From positions 1 to 61,428 of the forward strand of contig JBEWZL010000207.1 of assembly GCA_045837725.1 (NCBI GenBank): a stretch of 61,428 bases of DNA, read 5' to 3'. Within the stretch, counting starts at the first letter, position 1. Each line of letters begins with the position of its first letter. The notes beneath the pieces are model-generated. The model was not told the DNA's origin and made no database searches. It was given only the letters and a program-made list of their open reading frames with translations. Origin of the DNA: Vermamoeba vermiformis (taxonomy: Eukaryota). Positions 35,021 through 48,787 of the stretch are shown piece by piece. Position numbers and translations under genes: made by a program.

Positions 35021-37716
35021 TTACAATGCCGCATTCGCAGCATGCTGGGACGCATTATTATTGTTATTAACCACGAGGCCGATTGCTTCTTTAAAGACAG
35101 CTACTTTCATTCGCGGTGCCTTAATATTCAACACAGCCGATGCGTCTTTGATCACTCGCACGAGTTCACTGCGCGCATTGAGATATTTTGTCGCTGAAGA
35201 CCACGTGATGCCGTTCAATTCTACGGCCACATCGATCTGCAGCTTAGTTTGCTCTTCAATAGATTTGAATGCAAAATACAGATCGGGACAATAGACCTAT
35301 AATTGCATATATAAGCTCACCTAGTATCCATATAATTAATCTAGACTTACGTCGCGTCGCTCTGCGATGAATTTTTGAATGATTTTTCTGAGGTCGTCCA
35401 ATGCATCCGTTGGTACTGCATTATCAACTACCAGTGCTAAATTGACCACGTGATTTCTGCTGCGTTGATAGTTGATCAGTGTGGCTTCTGACAGCCTTCT
35501 AGTAGGTATTATAATCTTTCTTCCATCTGCCAAATGAAAATTCAATTAGATCCGGATCCCAGTTTTGGCTTCAGCAGTTATAATAATTTTAATAATAATG
35601 TTACCCGTAGTATATGCATAAGTGCTCAACAAGTTGATCTTTGAAATGATCACTGTTTCTCCATCGATTCCCATGCGATCTCCAACGTCGTACGCTTTCA
35701 CTGAAAGAAATGAATTCATTAACACGACTAAGTCAATTATATGACGTATAATAACGTACCAAAGAACAAGAACAAAAACGCTTCGAATGCGTTCTTGACC
35801 GAGTTTCCGAAGACAAATGACAGGGCCAACAGTGCTGTGCCGAGTGGCACCAATGAAGCGATGTAATTCACGTCTAATATCCACAAACTAATTATAGCGA
35901 CGGCGATCCATGCTAATGAGCCCATTGTCGTCACAATAATGCCCGAAATACTAGAAATGAATTATTAGGCACTAAATTTTCATCTCTTGTTTGACTCATG
36001 TTACGTACCTTTGTCTGTTTTGAAGAGTCTTTGCAAGAATTTTTCTGTCGCGAAGAAGAATTCTGACCGCAGATTCAATGTCATCACGTGTCAAAGTGTT
36101 GTCGTTAGCGCGGTCATGCACTTTGAACAAACTATATGCCTTGGCCAATGTTATATGATCGCTAAAATACTGTTTGAACTCTTCAATCGTCACGTGCTCC
36201 TCTTGCGCGAGATTTTGTTCGAGAAGAACTGAATTCTGAGAATTTTCATTCTTCGCTGCGTTTCGGAGATTTCTAAAAATAACATCTGTCGTTTGTCCGA
36301 TCTCCCTTTCGAATGCTGATACGCTCTTTTTCTTTGAAGGCAAAAATCCTAACGAACTGCTCTTACGCAACGATTTCAACTTGGCATTGATCGCGATATT
36401 TTGTTGCAGATCCGTCAACTAAAAACAAACTTTGATTAATCCTCTTAATAGGGATTGATATAGGTGTTAGTACTATTATAGACAAGTGTTACGTACGCTA
36501 AAAGTTGGAATTATTCCGCTGTATCGCTTTTTGATCTCCGCGTAATCGACGGTGTTTTGCACACGTGCATGACCGTTCAACAACACCTGCAGCACTCGCT
36601 CTTTGAACACTGCTTTGCGGACCTTCTTCCAAAAATTGGCCTTATTGAATCGTCCTATTAGCATAAATTAGCACACGTCAATTTGGTTGAGAACGTGACG
36701 GATCAGAGCAGATCTTGCATTGGTTACCTATCACAAACTGAGCTAATGTCGACTTGATTATAAACACCACAGAGATCGTTAAGAATATCCAAAACACTTG
36801 CTCGAGATGATACTACAATACAACTCATATTAATATTTGTTTAGCTGTTGATGGGTATGAAATTTCACGTACGTAAGTCACGCTGTCAACGGGCTTCAAC
36901 ACGGCTGGCTGGATTAAAAACCACCAGAAAAAATCTGCAAACGGATTATAAGCTGGATAAATATGGTAAAAAAAGCATAGTGACACATACCCCAAATCAA
37001 TAATGCGACAGGCCAGCCCAATCCAGAGATGTAAAAGAAGAATATGGAGGTGAAGAACAAAGCCTCCAACAACATTTTAACAAAGTGCGTGGCAATTCTG
37101 ATGACAATGTAGCTGTTGAATGTAATGATTGCAAATAACAGCCACGTGTGCGCCGCTAGCATGCCCCAAAATAGATCAGGTTGTACGAAATAAAAAATCA
37201 CTAATAATAGCATGTTAATATAGAGGTATGTTATATATGTTTTTAATAGGCTTACTATAACCAGCGAATAAAATGGCGTTGAGTAATAAAACTAAAATCA
37301 TCCAACCTCGAATTTGACCAATTAGCTTTGCACCGCATGATTTTTTCTCGATTTTGTAGTCGCTATATAAATATTAATATTACCGCAGATGAAGTAGAGC
37401 ATTAATGGACTTACCTCAATGAACCGACAGATCGGTTCTTTTTGTCATTTGGGTTAATAAGGAAGGTAGTTTCATGATTGACTGAACCAATATCGGGCAC
37501 TAATATTCTCGATTATTATTTGATTATTCGACGCGCGGCAAATAAATAAAATTTCGAAAATAACGTATTTCGAAAAAATATTAGTACGGTAGTACATTAC
37601 AGGACAATCGTTCTAACGTAATTTAATTTAAGGATTTTTCGTATTAACTTTCTCAGCTATCTTTCATGAAAGTTGTTGTGGATTTGCCTACCTGCTGGGT
37701 CTTCAATGATTTCCAT
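35021..37716 (-). CDS. MscS-family mechanosensitive channel (paralog 2)
   Basis: Same motifs and matching intron positions as 18725-21317 (SLVPLGTALLALSFVFGNSVKNAFEAFLFLFF, DRKILAKTLQNRQ). Confidence 0.88.
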
Positions 37717-37845
37717 ATTGCTTAAAATTATATATATAAGTATACGTGTATATTATTTCATCTCGTGTGCATCAGAGTTGCGCTTAGTACTGAAAAAACC
37801 AATTTTCAAACTCAACGGTTTTTTTGCACAGAAGAACATATCACT

Positions 37846-38631
37846 ATGGCTGATCACGTTAAAAAAGAAGTATTTGTCGAGGGCGGATCGTTCTACGATA
37901 ACGTCAAGGCTCAAGTCGAGGCCGTTGTTGAAGGAGAACCAGATTTCATTGCGAATGTCTCAAATATCTCGGCAATTTTATTCGAGCAGCTAAATAAGAA
38001 GAAAAATAACTCTATTAACTGGGCCGGCTTCTACTTTTGGAAAAAAGATCAATTGGTGCTCGGACCTTTCCAAGGTATTTTCGAATCTTCTACTGCCCCG
38101 CTCCGTCTGAAAGTTGAACACCCATCTTTAATTTTACTTTTTATTATTATTAGTATTATACAGAAATTTAAATTAATTATGGCTAAATTTGCTCAGGCAA
38201 AGTCGCGTGCATCCGGATCCCACTAGGCAAGGGAGTTTGCGGCACGTCAGCGCAAAAAAGAGAAACTATTGTACGTTAAATTATTTACATATGTGCTGTA
38301 CTAATATAATTAGTTGGTGCCTGATGTTCATTTGTTCCCTGGACACATTGCTTGCGATTCTGCATCCAACTCCGAAATTGTCGTGCCTATTTTGAGCTCA
38401 AACAAGGTAATTATAGTATTAATATCATAGCATAATAACATGACTGTTAGGAGCAATTGATTGGTGTATTAGACATTGACTGCTTGGTGACAAATGGATT
38501 TGACGAAGAAGACAAAAAGGTACGGCCGTACAACAACCTATTACAAATTAGTAATTATAACAAATTCATTAATCAAGGGCTTGGAAGAGATTGCGGCTGT
38601 TGTAACCCGAGTACACGAGCATCAAGAATAA
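37846..38631 (+). CDS. msrC: GAF-domain free methionine-(R)-sulfoxide reductase
   Basis: [58 protein letters not shown]. Confidence 0.92.
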
Positions 38632-38693
38632 AAACAAGATCTGTAAACTACGTCGTCAAAACACACAGGTATTTACAAATAGATCATCATGCA

Positions 38694-40663
38694 CTATGCC
38701 TCAGCATTTATTGGTCTTAATTTCATCCACAACCCATTCTGACAGTACAACGTGATCGCCATGTCAGGCACGGGTGCTTTGATCCGCTTGTCCAGCGGTC
38801 GTTTCAATTCATAGTGCGAGACTAACATGGCAGTGATCAATTTCAGCTCTAAGAACGAGAATTGTTGACCGAGACATTTGCGTGGACCGTAACTGAACGG
38901 GAAATAGATGCATTGAGATTCCGCTTGCCTAGCCAATAGAACGTTAGAAACTATGTTTTTTAATCTAATGTATATTTGTTTTCAACGTACGATAGTGTAA
39001 TGTCATTCCATCGTTCAGGAATGTATGACAGCGGATCCGACCAATACTGCTCATTGCGTTGAATGACCCATGGACTAGCGAGTACTTCAGTGCCTGCTGG
39101 TAGATGGTAATTGCCAATACCGAAGCCCTCTGGTGATACAACTCGACGATTAAGAATTGGAGCACTAGGGTAGAGTCGCAAACATTCCTGAAGTAGGTGT
39201 CAGATCCGGTTTGACACGTGTCAATAATATTTACCTTGATAGCGTTAGCAGTGTAATTTAACTGATCTAAATCTTCTTTAGTGAGTTCTTTGGGCTCTTT
39301 ATGTTGCTTAACACCCTCAAACTCGTTTTTGATTTTCGTTGCTACATCCGCTTCGGTAGCCAAAATGTACGCCATCCAGCTCATAGCACTAGCCGTAGTA
39401 TCATGTCCTCCCTATAATATTGGCATTAGTGTCATATTATATGCACGTATTATCGTACCATAATAGCAGTGACCATTTCGTCCTCAACTTCTTTGTCGCT
39501 CAAGCCAAACGACGATTCTGCTTCGATCATAACGTCGAGCAAAAATCTATTTTAATAGTTAGTATGTTATATAATAATGCTATAATAAGTACCTCTTATT
39601 GTTTGCCGATTTAGCGAGTTTTTGTTGTTTTAAAAGTTGTTTTCTTTGTTCGATTTTTTCTCTGGCAACACGGCGCACGCTTTCAACTTTTTGATGGTAA
39701 TATTTGCGTGGAAATTTCGCGCGAATTGGAATAAATTCAGTGCATTCTTTTTGCATTTCAGAGAGGACCTCTAGAATGTCATAAAAGATGCCCGACGATT
39801 TTGACTCGATCGCGTTGAAGTGAGATCCAAAGGCCAATATTCCGACATTATCGAGCGTTAATTTTGAAAACTCTTGTTTGAGTTCTAAATTTTCATTTGC
39901 AGCGATGGATCTGTTCCATTGACCAAACATTGTTTCTACACGGATCCAAAAAATGGTTAGAAATAACTTATGAATGCTATTATATCGTACCTATTCTCTC
40001 TACAAATAAGGGTATCATATCACTAAACTGATAGCTTTGAAATGCTGGTCCTGCCAGCGTGTGATGACGACGCCATGTCGCGCCTGGAAAATTGTTTAGT
40101 TTTGAACTTGAACAATAAAACCAGGCTATATATACCTTCGCTTAATAACAAGCCATCACCTAAGAGTGGTTTCATAACATTTGCAAATATTCCTTTTTCG
40201 AACTTGTCTAAAAGTAAAAGCTTCAAGTCAGATGTGTCAGATAAAATAATGTTAAAGCGTACCTTTTGACGAAAATACGGACTTAACAAGAGAAACATCA
40301 TTTACTATGATAAATGGTCTGTGACCGACCCAAAATAACATGACTCCATCGCTAAGAAATAAAGTGTTAATTTTGCTAGGCTATAATGATTTAATATTTC
40401 TATTCTTACCTATTAAATTGCTTGGACGTATTATACAATAATTCTAAAATATTTTGGCGCAATAGTGACAAAGCATTGCCAAATATTGGAAGCGGAAAAG
40501 GCCCAGATGGTGCTGGGTTTGACTTGGCTAATTTAAAAACGCGTCTGTGGACATAAAAATATGCCTAAATTATTTCAATTAACTAAAATGGCTTTAAGGA
40601 CGGCATTAATAATCTTACCTGGGACAAGCCGAGGCCTAACACGAATAGCCATAAAATCAACAT
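38694..40663 (-). CDS. Cytochrome P450
   Basis: GHDTTA I-helix, ExxR (ECLRLYP), PERW, heme motif FSYGPRKCLG, N-terminal anchor. Confidence 0.93.
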
Positions 40664-41009
40664 ATATGCGGCGCACGTTAAGCGATGAATTGTTGTCGTA
40701 TATATAATTTTGGTAGTATTAATCGTTGCATTGCAAGTCAATTTCTTTTTGCGCGGTGTTGTGTTGAGATGTCAATTAGTTCTCTACTCGACCGTTTCGT
40801 CAACAAGAACTAACCCGCAGATAGCATACTATTGGTGATACATGCGAGCAAATAGAAAGATATCGCGACTGCAGAGGATTATGTAGAAAATTCCGGCAAA
40901 AAAAGCTTAAAATAGCCGATCGGACCCTCGGCGAAATTCTCTCACTGGTGCCAGAAGTCTCTCCTGTTTGTTTTATTATTCATAGTACTCACAGCTACCA
41001 CCATACACA

Positions 41010-42554
41010 ATGCGCTCCTGTTTGACTCGAGGAAAGAAAGACAAGAGAAGATTAGCTTACTCTGACAACAATCCCGAAGCTTCTCGCGCAGCCCACGATG
41101 AGCTTGCTATGGAAGAACAAGCCGGTCGATTAGCTAAGGAGAAACATAAGAAGTACGTTCGCAAAATAGAAGAGAATCAACTCCGATCGAATTAATTATT
41201 AATTGTTTACTCAGGGGAGGAGCTTATATTAAGAGTATGGTTTACGGTGGCCTTGACGGCATTATTACTACTTTCGCTGTAAGTATTTATCAAGATTTAA
41301 TATTAATATTTCGTCGCGATCTTGTGCGGATTTGGAGACACAAATTTCTCTTTTCTCCAGAAATGCTAATTTAATATCGATCATGAATAGCGAATAATTC
41401 TTAAATTTAAATCATTTTAATAATAAGTCGATCGAGAGCACCAGATTTGGCGCAATTTTTACCTATGACACAAGTCATCTAATTAGCGCTAATTTAGACT
41501 TGATATACCGCTAAACTTGTTAGAAACTCTAATTTCTTATTATTACTAGGTCGTTGCAGGAGTTGCAGGCGCAAATATGGCTAGCTCGACGATCTTGATT
41601 TTAGGTGCAGCCAATTTAATCGCAGACGGCTTATCAATGGGTGTCGGAGATTTCTTATCAAGCAAAGCAGAGAATGATTTCAAGATTATGGAGCGCAGAC
41701 GAGAGCTTTGGGAGTGCGAGAATTATTTGGACGGCGAAAAGGCGGAAATGGTCGATTTATACATCTCAGTACGTATATGATATTAGCAATATTTTACATA
41801 CCATTTCATAGTATATTTTAGTGATTTGTGTCCAGATCGACGAACAAAAATTTAGATCCAAAATCTTATTTTGTTTCAAAGACCGGAAAATTGATTATTA
41901 ATGTTTAATATTATAGCGAGGCATGACTAGAGAAGATGCAGAATTAGTTATTGATGTGCTAGCAAAAAATAAGCAACATTTTGTGGATATTATGATGGTC
42001 GAAGAATTAGGCATTATGCCGTACGATCCGAACGACAATCCCGCAAAAGACGGTAAATTTCGTTACTATATAACTCCTATTATAGTAATCTAATGTATGC
42101 ATCTATTTTTAGGCGCTATTACCTTCGCTGCATTTGTAGTTTTTGGTTTGATTCCTCTTTTGGCTTATATTATCGTTGCTATTATTGGCGGTGATGTTAA
42201 TGGTACGTATTATAACGCATATTATACGCTTAATATAAGGACGTCCTTGTATTAATCTGCCACCATTTTTAGCGACTGTTGGATTTGATCTGCCGTTCAT
42301 TTTGGCTATTATTTTGACTGCTATTACTTTATTTGGTTTGGGCGCCATTACAGTACGTATCGCTATAATAATACAAACCTTATACGGCCTATTCTAATCA
42401 AATTATTTTGCAGAGTCGATTTACGGTACAAGCGTGGTGGAAATCAGGATTATTTACGTTAATTAACGGTGCAGTCGCTGCCGGTGCTGCATATGCAATT
42501 GGTTATGCTATCGATCTTGCTGTTAGATCTGGCGACACTTCCGTTACAAACTAA
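41010..42554 (+). CDS. VIT1/CCC1 family vacuolar iron/manganese transporter
   Basis: YIKSMVYGGLDGIITTFA, ANLIADGLSMGVGDFLS, RRELWE..NYLDGEKAEM, MMVEELG. Confidence 0.92.
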
Positions 42555-42954
42555 AAAGTTTCTCGAGCGGATTTTTCGTTTCCACGTCTTAAAATGGATT
42601 TATGACGTGGTTTTTGTTTAAATTTGTTAATACTATATAGCCAACTCGATTGTTTATTAGTAACAGTATTTGGATAGAATAAATTGTAGAAATTTACTTC
42701 GAAGTCTTCAGATCTGGATGTAGCGCTTAATTTCAAATCAAAAATTCGTGTTATCAAATATTTATTTTATTATTAGTAAGTATTATCAGGCTATGTCAAG
42801 TAATTGTTAACAATTGACAAGATCCTAATTGAAAATTTTGACATCGCTCCACTAATCGCTATGCTAGCGAATATTTATTACTAAATAAGGTAATTCAATA
42901 GAATAAATAAGAAAATTTACATTATGAAACGTAATTTCATGCCTGGAGGGTTGT

Positions 42955-43702
42955 TTAAGCGCGAGGCTTCCATCGGAGTGATTTGCCACGCTTCAAAAAG
43001 GCAATAATGAATACCGCGGACTATAATAATGTAATGTTAATGATAAGGTACAATTATTTTATAATTTTGAAGCGGATCTACTTACGAAAATACCGAACAA
43101 AATAAAAGTGACGATAATGTCTGCATAGCTGGGTTTTTCATTGGCAACAAGTTGAATGAACCATACAGCAATAGCAACGATAGATAAACTGACGCAAATA
43201 ATCATACCAATACAGCACTAAAATTGCAAAAATTAAGGAAAAATATTTTCATGAATGACAGGTGCGGATCTATGTGAAATTATGTTGTAAGGTATGTGTT
43301 GATTATAAGGATACGACAAAAAGCAGTGTGAGAGGGAAACATCCCCAAGATCCGATTGCGCCAGCGACGCAAGCAATGATTCCGACCAGATTGCGGATCC
43401 AACCAAGGGCACCACCAATGATAGCAACGCCAATAATAGAAACGATCTTAGATATAAATAATTAGCAAGGAAATAGGTCTGAAATGCTAACCGAATATTT
43501 TCAAAAAAATTCAGAAAATGGAAAAATATTGCGTAAATTATTGCAAAACGTTGATTTTTAAAATAATAAGCTTTTAATTACTTACAATTGCAGCGACACA
43601 CGTAATAAATAATACTACACCCATTTTAGTGGTTTCATATCGCTTGTGAGCTGGCTTGTTGGGCTCAGTCAATCTTTCCTTATCTTCTTTTCTGCCGCTC
43701 AT
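42955..43702 (-). CDS. Small multi-pass (about 4 TM) hypothetical membrane protein
   Basis: Four short exons with GT-AG introns encoding hydrophobic helices; starts MSGRKEDKERL, ends KRGKSLRWKPRA. Confidence 0.55.
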
Positions 43703-43854
43703 ATTGTCACCGTGACTATATTAACTTAGTGTTGTGTTGGTGTAGTTAAATAAATAAAGGGAAATTAAGCGCAGAATATCCCGAAAGATTTTCTCCCGAG
43801 ACACTCGTCTTAAATTCCGCCAAAATATGTGACATTACGACATATTTCTCAATA

Positions 43855-44810
43855 ATGGACGTGCCTAAGCTGCTTTTCTATTATCCGTTAGTATATTTGA
43901 GTTTCAATACGCATGGACCACGTGGCTGAAAAACAAGAAGCTGGAGATCACGGATTTAGCTTAGTTTCCGTTTCAAATGGAAAATTTACTTTGTTTCACC
44001 GGTAATATTTATGTTTATATTAAGCAAACCATAATGTATTTATTTTATTTATTTTAGACCGAAAGTAACAGCTTTAGAGCATCTGAAGTCGACTGGGTGC
44101 ACTCACATCGCCACATTACTCAGTAAATATTATCGAAATATTTTTCAATATTCTTATCGATTATATGTAGCTGAAAAAGAAGGAGGATTAAAACTTGGAG
44201 ATGCGGTTAAGAAAAGTGGTTTAACTTTTGTTTGGCTGCCTATTCAAGGTGCAGATTTGCCGACTAGAAACGACATCGAGTCTTTTCACGATAAAATCAA
44301 ACAAATAGCGCGATTGTTGGCAGAAGAAAAGGCATCTGTTCTAATCCACTGCTCAGGTAATTCAAACAGAATTAAACCAGCTGAATAGTATATCAATAAG
44401 TAACGGAATTATTTTAGCCGGTTTACATCGCACTGGCATGGTGGCAACGTGTTTACTACGGTATTTAGGCTACGACAAAGAAGACGCTTACAACTTAATC
44501 AAACAAGCTCGCGAATTAACAGGTAAATATAAATGTTATAATATATAAATATACTGATACGATCATAGCACGAGAAGTTGGCGAGCACCGTGTAGCTCTT
44601 GGACAGATCTTCGTGGACATTTTTGGCACGATCCATTCACCAAAATCAAGCGAAGAATCAGCGTTATTTTTAGAAGAGTACAACAAGCTTATAGCTAATA
44701 TAATGGGCAATAAGAAGACGCAAGATATGCACGCGAAAGAATTAAGAAAACAAGCCAAAAAGAGTGCCGAACAAAATACGAGCAGTAACGAGCTAACGAA
44801 CAACAATTGA
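43855..44810 (+). CDS. Dual-specificity/tyrosine protein phosphatase family protein
   Basis: VLIHCS|AGLHRTG (CX5R) across an intron; WLPI..ADLP loop. Confidence 0.85.
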
Positions 44811-44908
44811 GCAGTAAAATATTTATTACAAATTAGATAAAATATTTATTTTATTTGTTACAAGTTAGATCTACTGCCAACAAGTACTAACTTGCTAACG
44901 AAAGCACA

Positions 44909-46095
44909 TTACATAGCCTTGCGCAAATTGACGACAACATCCCCAGCTTTTTTCTGTGCAAATGAACATTAAGTCACTACTATATTAATAATGATATGCT
45001 AGTATATTAATAATGATATGCTAGTATACTTACAGCGACTGCGTTGACGACAAATGTAGGGACGCTTCCCTTCGGATCAAGCTGGAAGATACGAGTGAAC
45101 TGACACTTGTTAGGATCGCCATCGACGCCTTGCATAATCAATCCAGTCACGACGAGGGAGCCTCTATATATATAAAGTATTGTTAGTATTCATCGATTAG
45201 TAAGGTACCAAAAGTTGTTAAGATCTGGTCATGAACAACGGATCGAGTTTTTTTACCTGACGCGTTTGTCGACGACAGGTTGGTCTTTGTAGTTAATAGA
45301 GTACATAAGGATGACAATACCGCCTTTGCCATCAAAATTCTTGACGGTGTGACGCACATAGGTAAATTCGCGATCTGAAACGGGGAATGAAGGTGACTTA
45401 AAGGCGCTGTATTCGATGGTAGTATTCTCATCAATTCCTAAATAATAATGCTTTAATATGAAGCCGAAAAATGATTTTTGGACGTACGTTGAAGTTCCTT
45501 AAATTCCATCAGATCTTGTTCGACAGACTGACGGTTCTTAAGATCGCCAAGATAAAATCCAAAGCATTTCTATATAACCAAAGAGTAAGATCATGCTTGG
45601 AGAATCAGATTATCGCGACCGATCCATTTTTAAATCAATTTACTGACCTCCGGACTTCCGTTAATTGAACCACTGGACTTAACCAAATTGATCGACTCGC
45701 CGGGCATTGGCTTGGACAAAATTTTAACGTCTTTATGGCCCTCAACTGAAATTCAGTTAGACAGGACTAAATCCGATTTACTAAATTTCAAAATTGCAAT
45801 TTTGGAGCCAGAAAAATCCTGCAGTAATTTAATTAAATTATTACCGTTGTAGGCGACCTCTGTCCATCCACTATCGCTCGCAAGCTCATCCATAACAAAT
45901 TTCATTTTTTTGTCAGTTAGTGCTTTGAATTCTAACACATATCAAGATTAGTCGAGTTTCTTTTGAGCATTATTAATAATATTATAGAAATTAGGTTTCA
46001 ACTGATAAGTAATGCATTAACTTACCTTCCGGAGTTTGCGGCGACTCTAACTCTGGATAGATAGGTACCTCTGGCTGCTTTCCCCAACCGAACAT
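44909..46095 (-). CDS. START-domain lipid-binding protein
   Basis: FPVSDREFTYVR, RGSLVVTG, QLDPKGSVPTFVVN; six exons. Confidence 0.85.
44981..45024. repeat. Exact 22-bp tandem duplication inside an intron
   Basis: TATATTAATAATGATATGCTAG occurs twice in tandem. Confidence 0.9.
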
Positions 46096-46269
46096 TTTCT
46101 TTTAATACGTTAACTTGTGCTTGTTGAATCAAAAAATGAATAATTATGCAACTCGGAAAAAAATCGACCTTAAAAATTCGCAAAACCTTTCCAGGTCGTA
46201 AAAACAAATTGCGCGCTTCCTATGATTATACGTATTTATTGTACAAGGCAATTTTGGAAAAACTACTCT

Positions 46270-48638
46270 TTATGAGAGGTCAGGGTATCTTCGTTTCTTA
46301 TGGAACACGCGTTGTTTGAGAGCAGGAACACTCACTGCAAGAACAATGAACACGAGTGTCAGAAACACTGCGCCACCGACAATCACAACTGGTAAGAACC
46401 AATCCGGCAAAAGGGAGAGGTTTGTTACTGGTGCATTTGGGTTGTCTTGACCAGGACCATTGTTGCCACTAGCCCCCGGTCCTTGGCCTATATTCTGTCC
46501 TGACGGTGTTTGACACTGATTCTCTAGCACAATCGTCGCTGTCACTAGTGTCGGCTGATAGTTCAGTTCAACTTTGAGCTTGTTGCAATCATCGCTCGTC
46601 TGATCGTCGTAAGTAATGTCTTTGAACTCTCCACCAGTCCAACAGCTGTAATACGCGACTACAATCGTCTGGTTGATGAGTTGATTTACATTTGTTAAGT
46701 CCAATGTGCCGTCAAACTGCGCACACGAAGTAATGTTGAGCACATTGACGCCATCGACTTTGAGAATAGAGTCCGGGAACATTGTCAAGTTGCCGTTCAC
46801 TGTCAGCACGTCAGTAATGACAAGGATCTCTGTCGGTTGAATCACAACATCTGTCAGCGAACAGTTTGTCAGAACAAACTTCAGCTTGGCACTGCGAACC
46901 AATGCACACAAGTCCACGCCCATTTGTTTGCCGTAGTTGGCTTTCGAGTATGGGCTGGTTGATAAGAGCTGATAATCCATTCGTGAAGGATCGACAAAGC
47001 TGACGTTGTCCAAGGAGTCTTCGAAGATCGTGCCAACGCTCGGGAACTTAGACTTGAAGAAGGGATTGCCAACAACCATGACGTTGTCACTCCACGTTAA
47101 TTTATCCGCAGGGAGCAAGTTGTAAATTTTATCTGCAAGTGTCAGAGTGATTCCATAAAGACCAGCAGAAGCAATATTTCGCTCAGCAGTCACGTCAACG
47201 TCAGTCGCGTTCACTAGGAAGAATGATATAAATGAGGACATGACGGTAGGATCTCCAATTATCGTATTTTCGGAGAAATTATACGAAGCCATTCCTGCTG
47301 CCAGATAAAAAGGCGTGCTTGTAATATTCGCAAAGAAATTTCCGTAAACCACAACCGAACTCGTTGGTGTATTCGGAGTTGATGCATCTAATGCTAGACC
47401 TAATTGTGCCAGGATTAAAATCAAAATGCATTTGGAAAATTTGTACCGGACTCACCACGCGAACAGGTATCAAAATAATTGTTTGTGATTGTAATATCCT
47501 CCATTGTTCGACAACCAATGGCGTCACTTATAACACCGTCTGCAGGACTCGATGCAGCTACATTACAATTCGTCATTACTTAACTAATAATCGTAAATGC
47601 TGCATTTACGTACCAATATAATTACTATCGAACCATACTCTGCTAGTGCCGGGTGTGAAGAGAAGTCCGAAATAATTCAGCACACTAATAAATATTAGCG
47701 AAAACTTCAATTAATAACCGATTACGTACTCGCTTTTCTTTTGGAAATAGTTGAAACGAATTTCGAAGTCTGATGTTACTGCAGGAACGTCGGCGGTCAT
47801 AAAAAAGGTATCATAATTATCGAAATAATTATTTGTAACCTTAAGAACATGGCAATCCACAATCATTGTACCGAAAGACCGATCTGAAGCAAAAAATTAA
47901 TTTTATTATCTTTCCTTCCGAATAGGTTGATAATTTGTTTCATCTGCTTACCTTCAATATACGAATTCATGAAGGCAATATGATTGCCAACAAGGGTTAG
48001 AGTGTAAAAGCCGGCCGATTGTGCCTGTAAATACTTGGAGTAGCATTGGTCCACAATAATATGGTCTGAGGTTGCAGAGGTTTGAAACAAGGAAAAATAG
48101 GTTATGTTTTGTGGCGCTATGAAGTACAACCCAACAAAACGGTAACGAGATCCTAAAACGCAGGTAAATTTTCGGAATCCGTTACGAGCACGACTTTCAA
48201 TGCCTTACCTTGCATAATTGTGACTCCGCCATCTAGCATTGGCAAATAAGGTGCATATAATGGCGATATTCGAACTCCGGGGGGCGGCAGCAAACTCAGA
48301 TTCGCATTTCGGATTGTAATGTAATCGTTACTACCTTGAGGAACATCGATAGTAAATTCAGGATATAATACTCCTGGCTGAAGGCAGATAATATCACCTA
48401 AATACACGAAATTTAGTTTTGTACCGGCGATTAATAATCAATTAATTTTAAAATTACCTGGAGAGGCGCTACTAACTACTTGCTGCAATGTCTCTGGTGT
48501 AGGATTACTCGTGCATGGCTTTGTGCGGTACGAGTGGTCATCTGCTTCGGTGTAATACGTTGTGGGCAAGCCAACGGTCAGATCGACAAAGAAAAAGGCG
48601 AAGAGAACGAAAACAAGCTTATAGCTCCTTGTTATCAT
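46270..48638 (-). CDS. Type I membrane protein with a right-handed beta-helix (pectin-lyase-like) ectodomain
   Basis: Signal peptide; GDIICLQPG, YITIR...LPPPGVRISP; SFVDPSRMDYQLLSTSPY...MGVD; C-terminal TM followed by KQRVFHKKRR. Confidence 0.7.
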
Positions 48639-48787
48639 TCTTCTAGCCTGCTTCGTGGGCTATCGAACGATTGACAAAAAATAATTAACGACGAAAATGA
48701 TAATCGCCTAATTTGGAAGTAAACCTCATAAGGGAAGTTAAGTTAACATAACAGAAAATTGGACGATTAATCTATTATTACCTAAAT

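Noticed and set aside
37846-42554. Functional iron/oxidative-stress cluster (fRMsr, P450, VIT1)
   Set aside because: Mixed orientations and no shared motif seen; adjacency is expected by chance in a compact genome.
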